Origin: Basidiobolus meristosporus CBS 931.73
Taxonomy: Eukaryota; Fungi; Basidiobolomycota
Direction of reading: 5' to 3'
Assembly (NCBI GenBank): GCA_002104905.1
Contig: MCFE01000549.1
Coordinates: forward strand, 1 to 59,573
DNA length: 59,573 nucleotides
Position 1 is the first letter of the stretch, and each line of letters opens with the position of its first letter. The translations under genes were made by a program, and so were the position numbers. Below the pieces are notes generated by a model, which worked only from the letters and a program-made list of their open reading frames with translations, searched no databases and was not told the origin of the DNA. Below are positions 14,222 to 26,958 of this stretch, piece by piece.

Positions 14222-15355
14222 AAAGTAAGAGAAATGGTTGGTTCAGGAAGTAAGGAGTGTGAAAAAGAGGCTATAGTCAATAAATGCACACAAATGTAGG
14301 AGACAATAGAGTGTCAGGGATCATAAAGTGAGCAAATTGGCAGGGAACCAATCAAAAGCCACTTATGTATTGTTGTGATGAGAAGTTTAGACTAAGTTTT
14401 TTGTGAAATCTGGGGTGCAATTTTTTTTCAACGGTCTCTGGATGGTGTCCTATGGGATCAGTACCTCTTAGTCACAGGACTTTAACTCTGTGATAGCATT
14501 TTGATGGGATCATCTCAAAAATTTCTCACAGGGTGGTATTAGTGGAAATGTGCCACTTCTCTAGCCACAACATTACATCATTCACCAGTTGATGAATTAC
14601 TGGGCTCACTTGGCTCCATAATGTATTCCTAGCATATGCTTTAATGGGTGTTTTCTCATTGCATATTGGGGCTTGCCCAGGCACACATGTGCTACTGTTG
14701 TTAGAGGAGATAGGCTTACAATAAATCAATGAGCATTCTTAGTCAGAGCTATCACTGTGTGCCATATTCAGAAGGCTGAGGTGAGCCTAAAGGTGCCACA
14801 AACTTACTTGCCTCAGTTTGTGCAAGGTGACAAAGATGGCCAGGAGCCAATATAGAAGTATCAACTGGCTGGCAAGATGATGCTGGTACAGTAGTGATTG
14901 AATAATGGTCAAATACAAATTGTGTAGCAAAACACTGGCTGTGATCCTTGTAATAGTTCCTATGCTGTCTGCGTGCTTCAAGGCTGAGAGGCTTGCTACA
15001 ATAGTGACATAGTCTTTATTCTCTGTTCTTGGTGTGTTGAATCAAAATATTCTTGTCCATGTGGCAAACATTTTGACCTTTAAGAATGTAATGCTATTAA
15101 GTCACTTTTTGGTCAATACATATGTGAATTTAAGAGAGTCTTGTATTTGAGACATCACACCCACATGAATGTAAGATTCAATGATGACCTGCCATGGTAG
15201 GTATTATGAATAAAGTTGTGGCACTACACACTCACATATATGTCTCACTATTTCCCCTTTGGTTTGACTCACTTCCACATATATGCTGCTAAAAAATGAA
15301 GCAGAGTTGTTGGGTTTCCAACCAAACCCTACTGCTGATAGCAGCAGAAGAACCA

Positions 15356-16024
15356 TGTAGTGGGGTAATAATGACACCCACTGACAGATGTGCTATATTC
15401 CCATATTTTCTACTTCTCTATTTTTCATATAGCCTTTGATAAGTTTTATCCCATTTGTCTTACATGATCAGTACTATCCAATAAGCTGGCTGACTATCAC
15501 ACCTGCTTACCATATTGCATAAGTTATCCCTGACTTTACATAATATTACTAGAGGCAAGTGTTTCTATATTGAGCAAGTACCTGTGCCAGTACCCATGAC
15601 ATATGACCAATTTGTGTCACTATCCCTACTATTATCACACCATATATGGTATCCCTATGTTGCCCAGGTCTCATTATACTAATTCCTGATTGGTGGATGT
15701 GCTGTGCCTCTTAGACCCTTCCAGCATATACTTAGAACAATCTTAGGTCATTCAGATATCATTGAGATTTCTAAAGATATCAGGAACCTTCTGGAAAACC
15801 ATGATTAGTAATCACTTAGCCAGTGAGAAAAGTATATAAGGGAGACAATCCCTCAACAGTAAGTAATCATCCCTTTTATCAATATACCAACTTGTTGATC
15901 AGTGTGATCACTGCTACCTGCAACTACCTGAACTTCCAACCCCAGACCACAGGACACTTCAAGGAAGCCATGCTGACAGCCAACTGACCTTGGAGGCACT
16001 ACTTGTGAGGAATACTCAGAGTAG
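15356..16024 (+). repeat. 5' part of a long-subfamily LTR of the CpG-target family
   Basis: Starts TGTAGTGGGGT; colinear with the reverse complement of 6519-5520 once the Copia LTR is removed. Confidence 0.85.
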
Positions 16025-16049
16025 TATACTGTGCATTAATAAGTATCTT

Positions 16050-16900
16050 AGCTATTTTACCTAATCTGCTGTTTTCTCCTATATATGACTTTCCTCTGTA
16101 TTTACCAGTCAATATGCTGAATCTCTCCAGATATCCAAATGCATGCTCTGCCCTAACTCAGCAGGAAGCAAAAGCTCTACAATGAGATTTTTGATCACTT
16201 CAAAGCACACCATTCCTTGGCTTCCTATATGCAGTAATACATCCTAATATCAGACAATCCTGTCCTACATAAGCTAAGTCTGCCATACATTTCTACCCTC
16301 TACTGAATTCTGGATGATTCTCTACCCAGAGTGCTTTGTCATGCCTACTTCCAGCAAATGACCCACTAAACCAGATGATATTACCCTCAATGTCAGACAG
16401 TGCTTGAAACTTCACACAGTTTGCCTTGTATTTGCTAAAATAAAAGTGCCTCTACCCTCCAGAAGGTCTGTAAATCCTGAATGGGAAAGTATCCAATACT
16501 CCTGATATGGAACCTGTTGCTGAACACTCTGGGATATGGAAGTCTATTGGAGCTTCTGAGCCTAGTATTCCAAGCCTGCTCTAAGTCATTCATACCCTCT
16601 GCAAGGTAGTTCTCCATTGCTGTCAGCTGGGAATGAGAGCTTCTAGGACTTTTGTTGCCATGGATGCTGGGATGAAATCTTGTGGGGCAATAGTTCTTGT
16701 AATAGCAGAGAAGCCTAACAAGGGATCTCCCTGAGTAGATTGGAGTATACAATTCACAGCACTTGGTATAGATCTCCTCTAGTGTGTCAAAAGGAAATCT
16801 AGTGGTAGTGATGGGATTGATGAGCAAAGACCATTCAGATGAGTATGTCATATTAGAACTGGTAGGTGATTGGGCTGAGGTGAGTTGAATCAATTTGGCA
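16050..16900 (-). pseudogene. PHIS (PIF/Harbinger/ISL2EU-like, DDE_Tnp_4) transposase remnant
   Basis: Hand translation of a minus frame not in the ORF track: LDTFPFRIYRP...YFSKYKANCVKFQ...GSRHD...MADLAYVG...VRAEHAFGYLERFSIL. Confidence 0.8.
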
Positions 16901-17066
16901 CAATCAGCTTAATTTATCTGATTTTGCATACATTAAGTTTAATCTCCATCAATTGCCATGTATCCCATCAATATGTTGCAAAAATCATCCTCAAACAATG
17001 ACTAAGCATTTTTATTGATGCTTTACTCACAAGTCCTTAATCAAATAGGAAATCTGCAATTGACAG

Positions 17067-17434
17067 TGTGGTGGTGTATAAGTCCAAAGGGCAAAATACA
17101 GCCAACACTTCTTAAGTGCAAATGTGTGTGGGGTGTTCACTGGGTGCAATAACCTCTGGCAAAAGCTTGCTAGGAATACTGGGCCTTTTGTCTAATCTAA
17201 TGTGAAGGAGGATAAAGCCTCAAGCTTGTCAAGGAAAAACTATTGACCCACAATCCCCAACTTAGTTGGCATCTTAACAAAAGTTTATAATGGCTTCAGC
17301 ATCCTTTGAGATGACAGTGTACTAAAGCTTCCAAAGTCAAAACAACTGTAAACTCCACCAACAGGAACTTGATAAGAATGCAGCTTTGACCAATAGTTAC
17401 AAAGACTGAAAAGTATCTTTTCCTGTACAAGAAC
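17067..17434 (-). repeat. 3' part of a long-subfamily LTR (inverted relative to 15356-16024)
   Basis: Matches 5117-5485; flanked by ACAG (CTGT on the element strand). Confidence 0.85.
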
Positions 17435-17472
17435 AAATACAAACACAAGTGTAGTCAAGACTAAAGAAGTCA

Positions 17473-18855
17473 ATGTTGAATCCGTTCAAGTTCTTGCCAA
17501 ATGATTTTAGTATGGCCAAAGTGTCTATGATGAGCTTTCATACAGAGATTTGGGCACTACTCATTAATCTAGCAGAACTAGATGCCTCAGAAAGTCAACA
17601 GAGATGGAAGAACCTGAGTAGAAAGCTGTGGCATGAGTTCTACATCAAGATGCCAGCACATGTTTGTAAGTAGATATATCACATGACAAGTATTGAAATC
17701 AAAAATGAGCTGAGAGTGAGGGGATTTGATGAGGAAGCTACACAGGAACAATTTTGTGCGCAATTTGCACAGTGTGGGCTGGATGCATCCGTTGGTGTCT
17801 CAACTTGGGGAACCAAAGAGATTTTCAACAAGTATTTGCCTCAAATGACTAATGTATTATGTGATATACTAGTAGAGCTAAGTGGCTTCTAAGTGCAATA
17901 TACACAGGACTCAACCAGGCAACAGTTCCAAAGTATCAGACAGTAGGTATGTGAATTCCTTGAGGAATCAGAAGGTGAGCTTCAAGAGGAAGAATACAGA
18001 CTGCAAGCAACAACATCTAGATTAGGCCAGCACTCCTTGCTGGATTCCTTACCATCCCTTCCAACTTCAGCACACCAGCACGCATCAGTTCAAACTACGC
18101 CAAAACCCTTCACAAGTGTGCTTGTTATGATCTGCCGCTTGAATGTTTAAGTTAGATCAGTTTTTAGTCAAATCAATTAGTATATGTTTAGGTTATCAGT
18201 ATATCAGTATTATCTATGAAATCAGTAGCATTAGTCAGCAAATGAATCAGCAGATCCTTATCAGACAGAAATAGATATATTAAGTAGGATCTTATTGGGT
18301 GATGATGATGCAATCAAATGAGTCATCAGCCACAACCTACATTAGGAAATACAATTAGTCAGCAATTGATCTGGCAAAATGTATATAAGGAGCTGCTGGA
18401 ACCTCAATAAAAATCAGTTCAAGTTTTAGTGAATACAATACTAGCTAAACTCCCTATTCCTCTACAACTCTTATACCAAGACTTGTAACATGCTCTCCAT
18501 TGAATTAATTTGTGTTAGGTCAACATGCACATTTCAGAGCAAAACCACCAGAACTTGCCAAACTGCTCATTTAGACACAAGTCTATTGGTGCAGGCCAAG
18601 TTGCATCAGCAAGCAGCATCACATCAAACTCAGTCAAGGGCCATACCAGTGCATCAAGTGGCACCTGCACATGCCATTACACCTGACCATCAGCAAGTTT
18701 CCTCTGGTGAACTGACTGATGATGACCCACATGAAGTGCCTCCACCACTAGAGCCTTTGACAAGTAAGAGAACATGTCAGCACAAAGCACTGCAGGCCAG
18801 CTCAGTAGCATCATCTGGAGCAATTAAGCACGGCCAAGCTGCAGCATTACATTGA
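17473..18855 (+). pseudogene. Degenerate ORF of unknown function, possibly a Myb/MADF-like partner of the PHIS transposase; split by a solo LTR; 3' end approximate
   Basis: ORFs 17473-17673 and 17683-17892 are in one frame separated by a TAG; W-x16-RWKNL pattern. Confidence 0.35.
18123..18490 (+). mobile_element. Gypsy solo LTR (368 bp)
   Basis: TGTTATG...TGTAACA; matches 25376-25743; TSD TGCT at 18119-18122 and 18491-18494. Confidence 0.95.
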
Positions 18856-18968
18856 TCAAATATGAGGCAAAATACTGACTACAAATACACAAGTAGCCAG
18901 GAGGATAGTCAACAAGGAGGTAGTTTAGGTGTGCAAAGTGAATCACTACCTGATAATTTGGTAGTAAT

Positions 18969-21500
18969 CTCTGTGAGAAAAAAACCTAGGGGAAGATGAT
19001 ACAATTGCATTGGGTTGCTATGATTTGACATGATCCAACAATGCAATTTTTTATGCAATCCAAATCAAGCCATTGCGAATCAGTGATCACTAAATCTTTG
19101 ATATAATTGCAAAACACTTGATAAGTATTGGATGTATCTGTCCCTTGGACATATACACCACTACAATGGTTGGACAGCAGCTTGCTTTGACATTCAGTGC
19201 AACAAGCAGAGCTACATCCAAAAAAGGTCATATTGACAGTGTGCCCACTGAAGGTATTAATACGGACTCCTCAGACTCTCAGTCAAGTAAGCCATTGAGA
19301 ACCTCTGCAGAGCTGCAAGCCAACTGTTATGCTCAGGCAGATGAGAGTGTAGCAAGTGCAGTGCCTTTAGTTGAAGACCAGCAAGCAGCCAATATAAAAT
19401 TACCACCACCCATATTACCAAGAATGTTGTCAGCTCATACCAAAGCATTAATGAAGCAATTAGGTGCTGCAACTGATAGGATAAATGCAATGGCCCAGAA
19501 AAATCAGGAAATAGTCCAGAAATAGGATGAGCAGATAATACATTTAGAGCAATCAATATCTCAGGTAGAGAAATCAGTATCTTTGCTGCAAAGAAGGAAC
19601 TCAGGTAGCTCAATGTTGCAGCCAAGAAATGAGCCATTTCCCAATGTAACAGCAGAAGAACACTGTACCATCTTTGATGCACAACAATGGTGCACAAATA
19701 TAAAGCCTAAAGAAAAAATTATCATAGCATGGGAGGGAGATAATGAGTTGTTTATACCAAAGCCTAAAAATCAAAAGACATTCAAGATCTGTGAAACTGT
19801 TAAGCGCAATAATGAAGAGTGGGCTAATATTCAAGAGGCTATCAGAAGTCTAGCACACCATCACCTAAAGGCCTGCATACAATGAGACCATCAGGAACTC
19901 AAGGCTAAGCTGAATGAGCTTGACTTGTTCTATGAGCATTATTGGGGATTCAAGCAGGCAAACAGATTTTGGGCCAGCATTGGTATGCCAAGAAAATATC
20001 TTAAAAGTAGTAGAAACTATCAAAGGCAGAAGAACAAGGGTTCATGGCTAAGAACCGCAGCTTCCTCAAGATCCAGTTTAATGCAGGGCCAAAAGCCCCA
20101 AACAAGCATCAAAGAGATGTCAGATAGCTGGAAGAGTGCCAATAAGGGACAAGCAGGCAGACACAGATGCTGCAGCACAGCATTTATCAAGGAAATAGTA
20201 TATTACTACTCAAGAGGCACTCAGTCAAAGTATAGCAAAGGACCTGGCAGTGATAAAGACCAGCCACTTTCTCAGGAGCCTGTCACAACTACAGCTGAGA
20301 GCTTGAAACAAGTGGAAAAGAAATGTCAGGTTGCCAGAAGAGTGCTGGCAGGGGACAAGCAGGCCAAAACAGATGCGTCAGAGCAGAATTTATCAAAGAG
20401 AAATTGTAGTTCATTACAAGAAGCACTTGGGCAAAGTAAAAGCACAAGACCTGGCTGTGGTAAAGGAAACAGGAAAGGAGAAATATCTACCCAAGCCTGA
20501 GACAGGGAAGCATGCAAAAAAACTGCAGCTCTTGCTAATCAACACTGCAAGCCTGGAACAGACTGAATCCCATCATAGCCATGAGACACTACCAACAAAA
20601 AAACAGCTGTTTTCACAAGAGTTGGCAGTGCAGGCAGCTGAACTACACTCCAGCAAGGTAGATGAGTTTGCAGAGAAAGGCAACTTGTCTACCACAGCCT
20701 CCATGTCCTCCACATCCTCCATTGTTGACAGAGTGGAGATCCCACTAACAAACAAGACTACAACAACAAGAACTCAAAAGACTATCACAATGCCTTCAGT
20801 GGAACTTTGGAACATTAATGGCCACACCAAGAGGTCAAAGCACTTCTTCAAGAGCAGTGCTCAAGAAAACTCACATGAATATTGCAAGGATTTATTGTAC
20901 AGCCTGGCAAATGAGGTGCTAGACCCTGCAATGCCAGCTGAAGATCAGGACATGTGAGAACCAGTGAATGAGCAGTGGCATAAAGCCATTGGGCTCCTGC
21001 TAGAGTTATGCAAACAGAGTCTTAAAGTAGAAATACTTACTTAGTGGTGAGTTTTAACGGAGTTACTTGTTGAGTATAGGGTTGGGCTTAAAGCTAGTGT
21101 AGGGAATAGGGACTTGTAAAGGCCAAGCCAATTGGCAGTTTAGGTTCAACTGAAGTTTCAATGGAAATAAATCAATTTGTCTGCACAAAAAGTAAGAGAA
21201 ATGGTTGAGTCAGGAAGTAAGGAGTGCAAGAAAGAGGCAACAGCCAATCAATGTACACAAATGTAGGAGGTGACCAAGTGTTTGGGATCATAAAGTGAGC
21301 AAACTAGCAGGGAATCAATCACAAGCTACTTAAATACTGTAACAATGAGAAGTTTCGACTAAATTTTTTGTGAAATCTGGGTTGCAATTTTTTTCAACAG
21401 TCTCTGAACAGTGCCCTGATGGCATCAGTACTTCTTAGTCATGGGAATTTAAGTCTATGATGTCCGTTTGATGGGATCATTGCAATAATTTCTCACAGAG
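18969..21500 (+). mobile_element. EnSpm derivative E3 carrying ORF2 only
   Basis: Perfect 12-bp inverted ends CTCTGTGAGAAA; AT on both flanks; ORF2 fragments 19118-20957; no transposase. Confidence 0.65.
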
Positions 21501-21643
21501 ATATTGTTATGATGAAAATTTTGACCAAGTTTTTTGTGAAATCCAGGGGGCAGTTATTTTTCATCTGTCTCTGCATGGTGTCCTAACAGGATCAGTACCT
21601 CTTAGTCTTGGGACTTTAAATCTGTGACAGCCTTTTGACAGGG
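21501..21643 (+). repeat. Extra EnSpm subterminal segment lacking the true terminus
   Basis: Homologous to 14367-14505 and 21340-21470. Confidence 0.7.
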
Positions 21644-24485
21644 TTATCTGTTGTATTGTATTATGATTGGTCTGGGGTCTGTTCTACCATGTAGAGACTA
21701 ATCAAAAATATGCAACAACTTCCAGTATGCTAATACTGAAATGGCTTTCTGAGAGTTTGATACACCAATAGAAGATATAATTCTCACTACAATCCTTAAT
21801 CTTAGGCTCAAAATATACTATAGGCAGTGTTTCTCACTTCTACAGCAGTGTTCTAACCTTCTGTTGACTATTGTGTAATTTACTTTTATAGTAACTTTCT
21901 TTCATTTGGAAGTATAGAGGCCTACCCTATTAAAGATTATTGAGATGATCCCATCAAAAGGCCGTCACAAAGTTAATGTCCTGTAGCTAAGAGGTATTGA
22001 TCTCATCAGGACACTGTCCAAAGACCATTGAAAAATAATTGCACCCCAGATTTCACAAAAAACTTTGTCAAAGTTTTCTTCACAACAATGTATAAGTGGC
22101 TTTTGATTAGTTCCCTGCCAATTTGCTCACTTTCTGATCCCAGACACTCTCTTGCCTCCTATGTTTGTGCGAATTGATTGGCTATTGCCTCTTTTTCACA
22201 CTCCTTACTTCCTGACTCAACTATCTCTCTTACTTCTCATGCATACAAATTGATTTATTTCCATTGAAACTTCAGTTGTACCTCAATTGTCAATTGTATT
22301 GGCCTATACAAGTCTCTATACCCTACACTAACATTAAGCCCAACCCCACACTCAACAAGTAACTCCATTAAAATCCACCTCTCAATAAGTATTTCTGCTT
22401 CAATACTCTGGTTCCAAATATTTGGCGCAAACCCAATGAGTTTATGCCACTGTTCATTCACTGGTTTCCACACATCCTGGTCTTCAGCCAGCATTGCAAG
22501 GTCTAGCTCCTCATCTCCCAGCCTTTGCAATAAATCCTTGTAATATTCCAGTGAGTTTTCTTGAGCACTGCTCTTGAAAAAGTGCTGCAACCTCTTGGTG
22601 TGCCCATTAATGTTCCAAAACTCCACTGAAGGCATGGTGATAGTCCTTCAAGCTCTTGACATTGTAGCCTTGTCTGTCAGTGAGGTCTCCATTCTGTCAA
22701 CAATGGAGGATGTGGAGGCTGTGGTAGACAAATTGACTTTTTCAGCAAACTCCACTACCTTGCTGGAGTGTAGCTCCACTGACTGCGCTTCCAACTCTTG
22801 TGAAAACAGCTGTTTTCTTGTTGGTAATTCTTCTTGGCTATGATGGGATTCAGTCTGTTACTGGCTTGCGGCGCTAATTGGCAAGAACTGCAGTTTTTTT
22901 ACATGCCTCCCTGTCTCAGGCTTGATTAGACATTTTTCCCTTGACCTTTTCCTTTATTGCTGCCAGGTCTTTCACTGCTACTTTGTCTGAGTGCTTCTTG
23001 TAAAGAACTAGGTTTTCTCCTAGATGAATTCTGCTCTGATGCATCTGTTTTGGCCTGCTTGTCCCTTGCTGGCACTCTTCTGGCAACCTGACATTTCTTT
23101 TCAGCTTGTTCAGAGCTCTTGACTGTAGTTGTGCCAGGTCTTGTAGACGCGGCTGGTTTTCATCCCTTCCAGGTCCTTCACTGCTGCTTTATCTGGGTAC
23201 TTCTTGAGTGGTACTATGCTTTTTCCTTGATAAATGTTGTGCTGGTGCATCCATGTCTGCCTGCTTGTCCTTAATTGGCACTCTTCCAGCTGTCTGACAT
23301 CTCTTTGACGCTTGTCTGAAGCTTTTGGCCCTGCTTGTGATTGGCTCTTGAGGAAGCTACTGGTTTTTAGCCATGGCACCCTTGTTCTTCTCCCTTTGAT
23401 AGTTTTGGCTTTGCATAAGATACTTTCTTAGCATACTAATGCTGGCCTAAAATCTGTTTGCCTGTTTGAGTCCAGGATAATGCTCATCAGACAAGTCAAG
23501 TGCATTCTGCTTGGCCTTGAGTTCCTGATGGTCTCATGGTATGCTGGCCTTAAGGTGATGGCATGCTATACTTCTAACAGCCTCTTGTATATTAGCCCAC
23601 TCTGCATTATTGCACTCAATGGCTTCATAGATCTTCAATGTCTATTGATTCTTAGGCTTTGGTATAAACACAACATTGTCTCCCTCCCATGCTGCAATAG
23701 GTTTTTCTGTTGGCTTTATCTTTGGGCACTGTTGTCGTGCCTCAAAGACTGTACAGTGTTCCTCTGCCGTTACATTGGGAAACGGCTCAATATCTTGCTA
23801 TGACATTGAGCTACTTGAGTTCCTTCTTTGCAGCAGAGGTACTGCTTTCTCTACCAGGGATATTGACTACTCTACACGTATTATCCGCTCATCCTGTTTT
23901 TGGACTACTTCCTAATTTCTCTGGGCCATTGGATTTATCCTATCAGCCACTGCACCTATTTGCTTCATTAATGCTTTGGTATGAGCTAACAACATACTTG
24001 CTAGTATGGGTGGTGGTGATGTTATCCTGGCCTCTTGCTGATCTTCAACTAAGGGTATTGTGTTTGCTATATTCTCATCTGCCTGAGCATAAAGGTCAGC
24101 TTGTAGCTCCGCAGAGGTTCTCAATTGCCTACTTGACTGAGAGCCTGAGGAGTCCGCATTATTACCTTCAATGGGCATACTGTCTACAGGGCCTTTTTTA
24201 GATGTAGCCCTGCTTGTTGCACTGAATGTCAAAGCAAGCTGTTGTCCAACCATTCTTCTGTTGCCATCAGTGGTGGGGTTTGGTTGAGAACCAGCCAACT
24301 TTGCTTTATTTCTTGGCAGCATATATATATGGAAGTGAGTCAAACCAAAGGGGAAATAGTGTTACATATACATGCATATGTGGTGCCACAACTTTATTTA
24401 TAATGCTTACTATGGCGGATCATCATTAAATCTTACATTCATGTAGGTGCAATGTCTCAAATACAAGACTGTCTTAAGTTCACAT

Positions 24486-24833
24486 TGTTAAAAGAGTCTT
24501 GGAGATATTGGAAGTGAATGGGAGAACAAGTAGATTATATGGTTTACACTTAATGATTTATTGAATGTAAAAGTAGTATTTATACTTTTACATGGTCTTG
24601 GCATTACAAACACATAGAATAGGTTGAGAAAGGTCCCAAGAACATGTGTGCAAAGTTTGGGGCAGTTTGGACAACTTTGAGAATTTTCTTGTTCTGGTTA
24701 CTTGGTATTTTGGTGAAAGTACTCTAAGTAAATCCCAACAGCAATTTGGTCAGTTTTCTCTAGGATTTGAGGGTATTGATCTAAGTGACCAAGTTAGGTG
24801 AATATTTAGGTGGAATTACAAGTTTTTACAACA
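24486..24833 (-). repeat. Copia 3' LTR (348 bp)
   Basis: TG...CA; PPT adjacent at 24834-24842. Confidence 0.9.
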
Positions 24834-24849
24834 CTCCCACTCAGCTAAA

Positions 24850-25375
24850 TGTTCATACTGACTAGTCCTAATTTTGACCGAAGATATTCAAACTTGTATC
24901 TAGCTAATGGTTTGGTAAATATGTCTGCAATCATTTCACCTGAAGGACAGTAAACTAAGCTAACTAAGTTATTCTCTATAGCTTCACGTATGAAATGATG
25001 TCTAATATCTATGTGCTAGCTTCTAGCATGAAAAGTTGGATTTCTACCTAATTGTATACATCCTTGATTATCTTGAAATAAAGTAATAGGCATTTTTTGA
25101 CATAGGCCTAAATCTGTAAAAAGCTTTCTTAGTCACATTGCTTCTTTTGTAGCATCACAGGCTGCCATGTACTCTGCCTCTGTGGTAGAAAGTGCTACGG
25201 TTGGTTGCTTTCTTGAGTTCCATGAAATAGCTTCTTTACAGTAAAGAAAGGTGTATCCTGTGGTGGATTTTCTGTCTCCCAAATTTTGTCCCCAATCAGC
25301 ATCAGAGTATCCCAAACCTCCTGTTCTGGATCCTTATAAGTGTATCTTAAGCAGATATCAGCAGTTCCTTTTAGG
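24850..25375 (-). pseudogene. pol: Copia RT end / RNase H
   Basis: GYSDADWGQ...RKSTTGY...ALSTTEAEYMA. Confidence 0.9.
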
Positions 25376-25801
25376 TGTTATGATTTGCCACTTGAATGTT
25401 TAAGTTAGAGCAGTTTTTAGTCAAATCAATTAGTATATGTTTAGGTTATCAGTATATCAGTATTATCTATGAAATCAGTAGCATTAGTCAGCAAATGAAT
25501 CAGCAGATCCTTATCAGACAGAAATAGATATATTAAGTAGGATCTTATTGGGTGATGATGATGCAATCAGTTGAGTCATCAGCCACAACCTACATTAGGA
25601 AATACAATTAGTCAGCAATTGATCTGGCAAAATGCATACAAGGAGCTGCTGGAACCTCAACAAAAATCAGTTCAAGTTTTAGTGAATACAATACTAGCTA
25701 AACTCCCTATTCCTCTACAACTCTTATACCAAGACTTGTAACATTGGTAGCAGCAATAACCAGAAACCTCCCTCCTGAAGAAAGAAGAAACCACCCTCAA
25801 G

Positions 25802-26932
25802 ATGTCGGACAATCAAGAATGGAAGAATGCCATGCAGCAAAACCTGGCCCAACAGCAACAGTTACTCCAGATCCTCAGCCAACAGCAACAAGGAATTACT
25901 ACCATGGCTCAGAGCCAGCAAAGCCCTGTCAAGAGCAACTTTAGTGTGAAGGTCAACTGGTACCATGGCAGAGTCAATGAAAACCTGGGAACTTGGCTCT
26001 TCCAGATTGAAGAAGCTTTTAAAGCTAAAGGAATTGCTCCAAAGAGCAAGTTGCATTATGCAGCTTCTTACCTGGCAGATGCAGCTTTACAGTGGTACCA
26101 CAACAAGATCAGGTTGGCCACTATGATGGGATGCTCTACAATCTCTACCTGGGATGAGTTTGTGTTGGAAATTCAGGATGCTTTTAAACCTCCACACCAG
26201 CAGACACCACTAAGAAGGAAGTTAAAGACACTCAGACAGAAAGGAATGGTGCAAGAATACATCTATGAGTACAGATGTCTACTTGCACAAATTAAAAGAA
26301 TGAACCCCTTGGATCAAGCTGAATACTTTATTGATGGGTTGAAAGAAAGAACTTGCAAGGAAGTCAATTACCGAAGACCTCAGACTATTGAAGAAGCCAT
26401 CAAGATTGCCATTGACTATGACTCAGCTATGTTTGGAGTTGGGAAGCCTACAGTGACTAATCAGAAAGGCTACAATCATTATGAAAGAAGACAATCAGAA
26501 GCAGTACCAATGGAAATAGATGCTATGCAGAAGAATCCCTCCTCAGAAGAATGCAAGAAGAAAGGACTTTGCTTCAATTGCCACCAGCAGGGACATATTG
26601 CAAAGTACTGCCCTCAGAGAAGAATTGGACACCAGCCAACAAGAACCTTCAACCATATTGAGTCCCATGAGCACAGTAATGTGGAAGATGAGCTTGAAGA
26701 AGACTCAGAACTCACCTTCCACATGACAGAAGAATACCTATCCCAGATGACCTCAAACTCTGGAAAGCTATTATACTTGAATGGAGTAATCAATGGAGTA
26801 TCTGCCAAGATCATGATTGACTCAGGAGCATTGCAAGAGTACATGTCACAGCAATTTGCTTTGAAAGCTGTAATCAACTTGGAACCTACAAATCAACTTC
26901 AGTCTCCACAGCTGATGGGAACTCTCACATAA
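25802..26932 (+). pseudogene. gag: Gypsy A gag plus protease start (zinc knuckle CFNCHQQGHIAKYC; IDSGA)
   Basis: ORF track; 1-nt deletion near 26888 relative to copy B separates it from pol. Confidence 0.9.
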
Positions 26933-26958
26933 TCAACCGTATTACCCAGCCAGTAAGA

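Larger units (their letters stand above)
8745..14533. mobile_element. Full-length (5789 bp) EnSpm/CMC-like copy E2 inserted inside E1
   Basis: Ends CCCTATGGAAAAT... and ...ATTTCTCACAGGG; E1 transposase sequence continues on both sides; TSD ambiguous (TGAT/TGGT, or 2-bp AT with mismatch). Confidence 0.85.
3730..15355 (-). mobile_element. EnSpm-like copy E1 in three pieces (3730-4140, 6520-8744, 14534-15355), interrupted by an LTR element and by copy E2
   Basis: Starts CCCAGTGAGAAA...GATGATCCCATC (TIR-like); host sequence resumes across both insertions; transposase fragments 6663-8648(-) including GPKSLSNLDSYLYPLL and CIGDT. Confidence 0.8.

Noticed and set aside
15352-15356. Counting this flank as another CCGT TSD
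   Set aside because: It reads ACCA|TG; it fits CCAT only if one T was lost, and the partner flank (CTGT) belongs to a different host sequence.
21501-21643. GGG at 21641-21643 as a true EnSpm terminus
   Set aside because: It aligns to the internal GATGGG/GACAGG subterminal position ~25 bp before the real end.
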